Below, in pieces: positions 57,589 through 64,000 of a DNA stretch of 64,000 nt (its first letter is position 1; each line of letters opens with the position of its first letter). A program made the position numbers and the translations under genes. This DNA is from Thermoplasmatota archaeon. GTDB lineage: Archaea > Thermoplasmatota > E2 > JACPAO01 > JAHFTW01. The notes under the pieces were generated by a model. That model did no database searches and had not been told where the DNA came from. It worked only from the letters and a program-made list of their open reading frames with translations. The stretch spans positions 21,112 to 85,111 of the forward strand of contig JBFIHX010000010.1 in the NCBI GenBank assembly GCA_041601615.1. Reading direction: 5' to 3'.

Positions 57589-58874
57589 ACGCGGCCCTCC
57601 ATGCGGGCGCGGACTGCCTCGGCGTGCCCAAGCAGGCCCTCGGATTCGGCTAGGACTGCTACATCGTCGCCGATGGCGGCGAGTCCTTCGGGGGTCACTT
57701 CTTGCCAGGTGATCCAGGTGCGAAAATCGTCCACCGAGAGGCCGCCGCGCAGGCGAGCAAAACCCATCGTGGGCAAGACGTGGTTGGTGCCGCTGCCGTA
57801 GTCTCCTAGGGGCACGGGCGCGTGGGGCCCCAGAAACACGCTGCCGGCACTTCGCACTCGGGCAAGGTCGCGGCGCGGGTTTTGGCTGTGGATTTCCAGG
57901 TGTTCGGCGGCGTACTCATTGGTGAACGCGAGCGCTTCTGTCCAGGAATCGACCACGAGCAAGGCCGCATTTTTGCCGAGACTTGCGCGCACGATGTCGC
58001 CACGCGCTGCGTCGGGGACTCGAAGGGCCAGTTGTTCGCGCACGGCTTCGGCAAGCGGCGCGTGGTCCGTGACGAGCACGCATTGGGCCATGGGATCGTG
58101 TTCGGCTTGGGCAATCATGTCCAGCGCAATGGGCCCGGCGGTGGCGGTCTTGTCGGCGAGCACCAGCAGTTCCGAGGGGCCGGCGGGGGCATCCGTGTGC
58201 ACCATGTCCGAGACGAATTGCTTGGCGCAGGTGACGTAGGCGTTGCCGGGGCCGACGATTGCATCCACGGCGGGGATGTGCGGCGTTCCGATGGCCAACA
58301 CAGCGATCGCCTGCGCGCCACCGGCTCGCAGAACGTGGGTGGCTCCCGCTTCACGGGCGGCAAACAAAACGGCAGGGTCCACTTTGCCATCACGTCGCGG
58401 CGGAGTTGCCACGACGATGCGCGAACATCCGGCGAGTTTGGCGGGAACCACAGTCATTAGGACCGACGAGGGGTAACTGGCAAGGCCTCCTGGAACGTAG
58501 CAGCCGACTGCCTCGTAGGCAACGGGGCGTCGACCCAACAGGACGCCAGGGGCAACTTCTAGGGTTTCTTCGCCACGCACCTGCAAGGCGTGGAATGCCT
58601 CGATGCGCCCGAGGTTGCCTCGTATTGCCGCTTGGACCTCGGGGGGGCATTTGTCTGCGCCCGCGTCCCAGTCTTCCTTGGAGACGAAGGGATCGGCTAG
58701 ATCTGCGCCTTCGAAGCGCTTCGTAATCTCTCGCAGCGCCTTGTCGCGGTCACGGCGCACATGCTCAATGATGAGGCCGACGGCTTGCGCAACACCCGGG
58801 TCCACGTCGCGGGCGCGGTGGATGAACGGCGACGGGTCGATCTCGGCGAGTCGCTGCGGACGAATATCAACCAT
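57585..58874 (-). CDS. hisD: Histidinol dehydrogenase
   Basis: YVPGG, GGAQAIA, GPGNAYV, AGPSE, QAEHD, EHLEI, GDYGSGTNHVLPT. Confidence 0.96.
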   Translation of the reverse strand: MVDIRPQRLAEIDPSPFIHRARDVDPGVAQAVGLIIEHVRRDRDKALREITKRFEGADLADPFVSKEDWDAGADKCPPEVQAAIRGNLGRIEAFHALQVRGEETLEVAPGVLLGRRPVAYEAVGCYVPGGLASYPSSVLMTVVPAKLAGCSRIVVATPPRRDGKVDPAVLFAAREAGATHVLRAGGAQAIAVLAIGTPHIPAVDAIVGPGNAYVTCAKQFVSDMVHTDAPAGPSELLVLADKTATAGPIALDMIAQAEHDPMAQCVLVTDHAPLAEAVREQLALRVPDAARGDIVRASLGKNAALLVVDSWTEALAFTNEYAAEHLEIHSQNPRRDLARVRSAGSVFLGPHAPVPLGDYGSGTNHVLPTMGFARLRGGLSVDDFRTWITWQEVTPEGLAAIGDDVAVLAESEGLLGHAEAVRARMEGRV

Positions 58875-58939
58875 TCAAACCACCTCTCGTGGTAGAAGTG
58901 CGGCGGGGGCAGGCTCGAAACGCTGACTTCGTCAGCATG

Positions 58940-59806
58940 TCACGCCACCATCCTGTCAATCGGAACCACCAGAATGCCTCGCCCGCCGAGTTCGCGCAGG
59001 CGGTGCACGGCGTCGAAAATCTTGTCCTCTTGCACCACCACCTGAATCGCTACCGTATCAGGATCACCCGCGATCTCCACCACGGTGGGCCCGGCGAGGC
59101 CGGGAAGGAATGCCCGCACCTCGCCCAACGCAGCGCGAGGAAGGTCCGCCAAGAGGTAGCGCTGATCTTGGGCATCAATAACGGATTCCAGTGCGAAGAC
59201 GAGTCGTTCAAAGTCGTGCTGAACGTCAGCCTCCATTTCGGGGCCGGTGATCAAGTGGCAGGTGCTCGTGGTGACCGTGCCTACTTCGCGCAAGTGGTTC
59301 ATGAGAAGCGTGCTGCCGGTGCTGGTGAGATCCACGATGGCGTCGGCGACTCCGAGCGTGGGGGTGACTTCGCAAGCTCCGCTGACCGGGATAATTCGAA
59401 CATTCTTCCCAAGTCCCTCGAAAAATGTGCGAGTCAAGTTGGGGAAACTGGTGGCGATGCGGACACCATCGGGAAGGTCTTCGGGTGCGTTCCACGCACT
59501 TGATTCGGGCACGGCAACGGTGAGGCGGCAACGGCCGAATCCAAGGTCCGTGCGCAAAATCAACTTGGTGCCGCTTTCTTGGGTCACGTCGAGGCCCGTG
59601 ATGCCGCAATCCACCGCCCCTTGGGCCACGAACGCCGGAATGTCGGCAGCGCGCAGAAACAGCACCTGGATGCGTCCGTCAAGCGCGGTAGCAAACAACT
59701 TGCGGTCGCTGGAACCGCGCAAATGAATGCCTGCGCGGCGAAGTAGGGCGAGCGTGTCGTCAGACAACCTTCCTTTGTTGGGTACAGCCAGTTTCAAGGG
59801 TCGCAT
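58940..59806 (-). CDS. hisG: ATP phosphoribosyltransferase (long form)
   Basis: LAVPNKGRL, RAADIP, DCGITG, DAIVDLTSTGSTL; C-terminal regulatory domain; GGGAGGT SD. Confidence 0.95.
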   Translation of the reverse strand: MRPLKLAVPNKGRLSDDTLALLRRAGIHLRGSSDRKLFATALDGRIQVLFLRAADIPAFVAQGAVDCGITGLDVTQESGTKLILRTDLGFGRCRLTVAVPESSAWNAPEDLPDGVRIATSFPNLTRTFFEGLGKNVRIIPVSGACEVTPTLGVADAIVDLTSTGSTLLMNHLREVGTVTTSTCHLITGPEMEADVQHDFERLVFALESVIDAQDQRYLLADLPRAALGEVRAFLPGLAGPTVVEIAGDPDTVAIQVVVQEDKIFDAVHRLRELGGRGILVVPIDRMVA

Positions 59807-59893
59807 GGGGACCTCCCGCGCCAAGACGCGGACGAAACGCGACTCCGTCTAGCCAAGATGGGCATGGGACGGATGAACGCGGTGCCAGAGCAC
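59807..59893 (-). promoter_or_regulatory. Candidate his attenuator leader RNA (alternative hairpins, SD-sequestering)
   Basis: Segments 1 (UCCGUC), 2 (GCUAGACGGA), 3 (UCCGCGUCUUGGC) and 4 (GCGCGGGAGGU, includes SD) allow 1:2, 2:3 and 3:4 pairings. Confidence 0.6.
59849..59893 (-). CDS. Putative His-rich leader peptide MLWHRVHPSHAHLG
   Basis: GTG CTC TGG CAC CGC GTT CAT CCG TCC CAT GCC CAT CTT GGC TAG; 4 His in 14 codons; CCTTATCCC box 30 nt upstream. Confidence 0.65.
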   Translation of the reverse strand: MLWHRVHPSHAHLG

Positions 59894-59916
59894 AAGCGGC
59901 GGATGCTGGTTTCTCA

Positions 59917-59926
59917 GGGATAAGGT
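59917..59926 (-). promoter_or_regulatory. TATA-like box of the his operon
   Basis: ACCTTATCCC on the minus strand; same motif and spacing as the boxes before starts at 3712, 40162 and 48809. Confidence 0.6.
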
Positions 59927-60028
59927 TGGTGCCTTGCCGATGGCGGTTCTTGTACACTCGCGGGGATTTATGCAGTCGAGATGGGCAAGGGCATCGGTTT
60001 TTTGCCTAGTTATTTCTCCAGCCCGACC

Positions 60029-60490
60029 ATGAGCCCAGTTGCCGCCTGCCCTCGGTGCCAGACCCACGTATCCTATGAGCAAGGTAGTATGCCGCGGTGC
60101 CACACTTGCGGATACCCCGGCCCCGATGCGCGTTCCGCTCAGACTGAGAGCTGGGGCACGCCACCATCACAGGCCGCTGGAGGCCAGCAGCCGAACGCCT
60201 GGGTGGAGCACCGGGGCGCGGTTGCGCAAGATTCCGGCAAGGCCCTCGCATCGCTTCTAGTGGGCATTTCCAGTTTCATCATGACGGGAATCATCGGGGC
60301 CATCATCGCCATTGTCCTTGGGTCCATGGCACGAAAAGAGATCGCTGCAAGCAACGGCGCTTTGAAGGGCAAAGGAATGGCAGATTGGGGTTTCTGGCTC
60401 GGTTGGGCGAACGTAATTTTGACCGTGATCGCGCTGCTGATTTTCGCCCTTGTATTCGTCGCAGCCTTGAGCGTCGGTACCGAATCCTGA
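60029..60490 (+). CDS. Zinc-ribbon + DUF4190-like membrane protein (paralog A)
   Basis: CPRC-x11-CHTCGYPG; SGKALASL...AIVLGSMARKEI...LKGKGMA..G. Confidence 0.8.
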   Translation: MSPVAACPRCQTHVSYEQGSMPRCHTCGYPGPDARSAQTESWGTPPSQAAGGQQPNAWVEHRGAVAQDSGKALASLLVGISSFIMTGIIGAIIAIVLGSMARKEIAASNGALKGKGMADWGFWLGWANVILTVIALLIFALVFVAALSVGTES

Positions 60491-60575
60491 GCCCGTAGGA
60501 AACAAGCAACCGCTCCGGAGACAAACGTGGCGCAACTCGGAACGGTTTTTCCAAGACTCATGGTAGCATCAAGGG

Positions 60576-61088
60576 ATGAGCCCCAATTCGGCTTGCCCGC
60601 GGTGCCAGACCCACGTCACGTACGAAGCCGGGACTTTGCCTCAATGCAATGGATGCGGATATCCTGGACCCGACAAGCGGATTCAAGGAGCACCAACCCA
60701 AGCACAACCCAATCAATGGGGCGCGCCGGCCGCAACGCCGCAGTGGGGCCAACCTCAGAACTCATGGAGCAATCCTGGAGCGGAACTTCCCAAGAATTCA
60801 GGCAAGGCAATCGCGGCGCTTGTGCTGGGAATTAGTTCCTTTTTCCTGTGGTTCTTCGGCATCATCACGGCGATTCTCGCCATTATTTTTGGCGCCATAG
60901 CCCGAAAAGAGATTCGCGAAAGCAACGGCAGGCTCAAGGGAATGGGCATGGCAACGTGGGGCTTCTGGCTCGGCCTCCTGCCCTTGATCATCGGCGGCAT
61001 CATCGTATTTGCAGCTGTGGTGTTTGTCTTGGTTTCTGACTTGGGCAACGAAACGGCCAATGGTGCCAGCGCCATTCTGGGACTGTAA
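60576..61088 (+). CDS. Zinc-ribbon + DUF4190-like membrane protein (paralog B)
   Basis: CPRC-x11-CNGCGYPG; QWG repeats; NSGKAIAALVLGI...ARKEI...KGMGMATWG. Confidence 0.8.
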   Translation: MSPNSACPRCQTHVTYEAGTLPQCNGCGYPGPDKRIQGAPTQAQPNQWGAPAATPQWGQPQNSWSNPGAELPKNSGKAIAALVLGISSFFLWFFGIITAILAIIFGAIARKEIRESNGRLKGMGMATWGFWLGLLPLIIGGIIVFAAVVFVLVSDLGNETANGASAILGL

Positions 61089-61127
61089 CGCCCCAACGCT
61101 CAAGAACCGGCGCGCCGGGTAGAGCTC

Positions 61128-62441
61128 ATGCGCTTCCTGCCCCTGCTCGTGGTCGCTGTGCTGCTTGCCCCCGTGGCCGTAGCTGATCACCCTGGATCCA
61201 ATCTTGGCCTAGCCCGGTTTGCCGGCCCAGAAGAGAATCTAGTGCACCGGGTCACGGATGTGGACTCAGATTTTGCCCGCTTTGAAGCCGCATACCCCGA
61301 GTTCGTGGATCGCCTCAACATCGGCGCCACGGGCATCCTGGGCCTGCCGCTTCATGCCTTGCGCATCACGGACGAATCCGTCGAATTTGACAGCGCCAAC
61401 CTCGCGACGGGACAAAAACTGCGCATCTACCTAGACGGCGGCCACCACGGCAACGAGTTCCTAGGCGTGGAACTGGTGATGTACTACCTAGAAGAGATGC
61501 TGGCCAAGGCGGGAGCCGGCGACGAAGCAACCTTGCATTTCTTGGCGACCCACGAAGTGTACGCCACACCCATCATCAACGCCGAAGGCAACCTCCTGGA
61601 CACCCGCAAGAATGCAAACCAAGTGGACGTAAACCGCAACTACGGCTACGAATTTGGCGGCCCTGGCAGCGGCGGCATGATCACCGACCTCAACTACCGA
61701 GGCCCCAGTGCCTTCAGCGAGCCCGAGGTGCTGGCCAATGCCGAGTTTGCCCGCAGCATCATGCCGGACCTATGGATTACGATGCACACGGGCGTTGCCG
61801 AATTCTACTGGCCCTGGGGTTGGACCTTCGACAAAAGCCCCGACCGCGAATTCTTTGAGAGCATCGAGAAGCCCTTCGAGGACGCAACCAACGGCCGCGT
61901 GGACGCCATGATGGCCGCCGAACTGTACCTAGCAGCCGGCGCCACAGACGACTGGGGCTACGGCCATCTGGGCATCCCGACGCACACCTTCGAAGTCCAC
62001 GAAGACCAATTCGTGCCCGTCTACGGCAACGGCATATCCGCCCAGATCCAAGAACAACTCAATGGTCTTGATTGGGTCGTCCAAAACACACGCACCTGGG
62101 GCGCTTGGTTGACCCTCAACGCTAGCGAAGGCGAACTGCGCATCCACAACGAGGGCTGGGGCAAAGCGGTCAATGTGACGCTCTCCCAAGGTGGCCAAGA
62201 TGTGTTGATTGAGGCGATTGCGCCCAACGAAACCGTACGGATGCCCCTGGAGCAAGGCAGCGCCAGCGTGCAATACCGACAGCTCATCATTGATGCGCCG
62301 GAGGCGAAGATGCGAATCGTCTCCCTTCATGACGACGAAATCAATGGCAATGCAGCCAGGACGGAGGCACCTGGAGCGCCCCTTGCGTTGCTTGTGGCAG
62401 CGCTTGGAGTGCTTGCAATGTGCCGCAAGAAGCGGTCCTAA
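61128..62441 (+). CDS. Secreted M14 zinc carboxypeptidase with PGF-CTERM-like anchor
   Basis: HHGNE, RKNANQVDVNRNY, FSEPE, TMH, G.TDDW, TFE; C-terminal APG-hydrophobic-RKKR. Confidence 0.9.
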   Translation: MRFLPLLVVAVLLAPVAVADHPGSNLGLARFAGPEENLVHRVTDVDSDFARFEAAYPEFVDRLNIGATGILGLPLHALRITDESVEFDSANLATGQKLRIYLDGGHHGNEFLGVELVMYYLEEMLAKAGAGDEATLHFLATHEVYATPIINAEGNLLDTRKNANQVDVNRNYGYEFGGPGSGGMITDLNYRGPSAFSEPEVLANAEFARSIMPDLWITMHTGVAEFYWPWGWTFDKSPDREFFESIEKPFEDATNGRVDAMMAAELYLAAGATDDWGYGHLGIPTHTFEVHEDQFVPVYGNGISAQIQEQLNGLDWVVQNTRTWGAWLTLNASEGELRIHNEGWGKAVNVTLSQGGQDVLIEAIAPNETVRMPLEQGSASVQYRQLIIDAPEAKMRIVSLHDDEINGNAARTEAPGAPLALLVAALGVLAMCRKKRS

Positions 62442-62597
62442 ACTGTGCAACGCCTGTGCAATTCATGCAGGCAACACCCAAAGGCACCGCATTTTTAGCG
62501 AAAGAACCTGAACAGCGCGACGCGTTTCCCGTGAACCCGCCTTCACCCCAAGGTCTCTTCAAAGCTGTTTAACAAGCACACTGCCTCGTAATCAATC

Positions 62598-63050
62598 GTG
62601 CCTCCAATATCGTCCTGCCCGCGCTGTTCGACCCAAGTTCATTATGAAACTGGCCAAAGTCCTACTTGCGCCAGCTGTGGTTTCCCGGGCGCTGACCTGC
62701 GGGATTCCATTCCCTCGGGGACCGAAGCATCATGGGTCGCGGACCCTTGGGCAGCGGAGCACCCGACGGTACCGCACGATCAGCTACCACAACCACTCAA
62801 CTCGGGCAAAGCTGTAGCAGCACTTGTACTGGGCATAAGTTCCTACTTTTTGTTCGTGGCGGGATTCGTCACCGCCGTCCTGGCCATCGTATTCGGAAGC
62901 ATCGCAAGAAAGGAAATTGAGGCGAGCCAAGGTCAATTGAAGGGCAAAGGTATGGCCACTTGGGGGCTCTGGCTCGGGTTGGTTCCCATCGCAATTATTC
63001 CTGCAATCGTCTTCATGACATTCGTCAGTAAGTTCCTCTCGGGCCAATAG
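62598..63050 (+). CDS. Zinc-ribbon + DUF4190-like membrane protein (paralog C)
   Basis: CPRC-x11-CASCGFPG; NSGKAVAALVLGI...ARKEI...KGKGMATWG. Confidence 0.8.
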   Translation: MPPISSCPRCSTQVHYETGQSPTCASCGFPGADLRDSIPSGTEASWVADPWAAEHPTVPHDQLPQPLNSGKAVAALVLGISSYFLFVAGFVTAVLAIVFGSIARKEIEASQGQLKGKGMATWGLWLGLVPIAIIPAIVFMTFVSKFLSGQ

Positions 63051-63124
63051 ATTGCCGACAAGCCAGATGCGTTGGCAGGCACGCCACCGAGGACGCTATG
63101 ACCGCCGTGAATTTGCTTGCCTCT

Positions 63125-63523
63125 TCAAAGCAATCCAACGGCGTCTGCGTACTCGGCATTGAGCACGCTTTGTCCTGCCGCGCCTCGCAGCGTGTTGTGC
63201 CTAGGGCCCTTCGCGCCTTCGGATTACCCCGGAGGGACCGCCGGCCTGCGGCCGACGATCCAACTCATGCAATCAAAGCAAGCCAACAGCGTCCGCATAC
63301 TCCGCGTTGAGCACGCTTTGTCCTGCCGCGCCTCGCAGCGTGTTGTGCCTAGGGCCCTTCGCGCCCTCGGATTACCCCCAAGAGCCGCCGGCCTGCGGCC
63401 GACGACCCGGCTCATGCAATCAAAGCAAGCCAACAGCGTCTGCGTACTCGGCATTGAGCACGCTCTGCCCAGCAGCGCCACGAAGCGTGTTGTGCCTAGG
63501 GCCCTTCGCGCCCTCGGATTACC
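63125..63523. repeat. Tandem ~147-bp repeat, about 2.7 copies, with palindromic modules
   Basis: Units start TCAAAGCA at 63125, 63273 and 63420; shared GAGCACGCT, CGTGTTGTGCCTAGGGCCCTTCGCGCC.TCGGATTACC and CGGCCTGCGGCCG. Confidence 0.9.
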
Positions 63524-64000
63524 AACCGGATATACGGGGGGTAATCCCATAATGGCCAGTTCTGTCCATTGACCCTTGGGCCAAAGGAGCGGCTTGGTGG
63601 ACGGTCCAACAGTGCGCTGTCGGGGCGTCAAAGGACCAAACGGAGGGGGGTGTTTCAACCCATCGACGCGACTTTACGTCTCTGCCAACGAGCGCCGGTA
63701 AGCTGGGGCGGGCCGGGCATTTGGGTTCGACCCCGGCCGATTCTCTACTAGGAGTCGTAAATTTTCGGAGAACTTCTGCGTCCTTAATGGGTGAATGGCC
63801 AGCTCTCGGTAGGGTAGAATTTTGGGGAGTGGATTGCCATTTGTGGTGCTCGTGCGGGTTTGCCAAATGCGTCACACCCATTGACGATCTCTGAAGCCTT
63901 GTGCTTCTATCTGTGTGACGACCTAGACCGTCCGCGCATGACAAGCCAGGAAGCCGCCAAAATACTTGATTTCAGTAGCCGGGGCCAAGTCGGCAGCACC

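Noticed and set aside
59849-60103. 84-aa minus-strand ORF containing the His-rich segment
   Set aside because: It extends upstream past the TATA-like box and overlaps the divergent gene at 60029; only the last 14 codons, from GTG 59893, are plausible.
63117-63572. CRISPR array or repeat-protein ORF
   Set aside because: Units are ~147 bp with no unique spacers and no cas genes. The periods 148 and 147 shift frame, and the translations look non-protein-like.
63519-64000. 141-aa minus ORF and window-end sequence
   Set aside because: No recognisable motifs or codon bias; cannot be called.

Overview
High-GC chromosomal segment, most likely from an archaeon of the Thermoplasmatota. Evidence: deoxyhypusine synthase, an archaeal uncharacterised radical SAM, Lrp, split nuoJ, PGF-CTERM-like sorting tails, a tRNA without encoded CCA, and TATA-like (C)CTTAT boxes about 27-30 nt upstream of many apparently leaderless starts. 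Housekeeping content: class III aminotransferase, bacterial-type topA, tRNA-Gly(TCC), an 11-subunit complex I-like operon (nuoABCDHIJ1J2KLMN, no EFG) flanked by a MidA/NDUFAF7-type methyltransferase and an Nfu protein, plus ogt, gdhA, dys, serA, ahcY, a pfkB kinase, peroxiredoxin, purF, purC and a hisGDCH-(insert)-AB operon. There are many secreted or lipoprotein hydrolases and several small accessory islets (two toxin-antitoxin pairs, low-GC orphan membrane genes, palindromic repeat arrays). Top finding: a 14-codon His-rich leader ORF directly upstream of hisG, with mutually exclusive hairpins that can sequester the hisG Shine-Dalgarno. This is a candidate ribosome-mediated histidine attenuator in an archaeon. 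Other strong candidates are a graspetide-like ATP-grasp RiPP cluster, NDUFAF7 linked to complex I, and an RsbQ + RsbP-type PAS histidine kinase pair. All calls are by eye from motifs; no searches were run.
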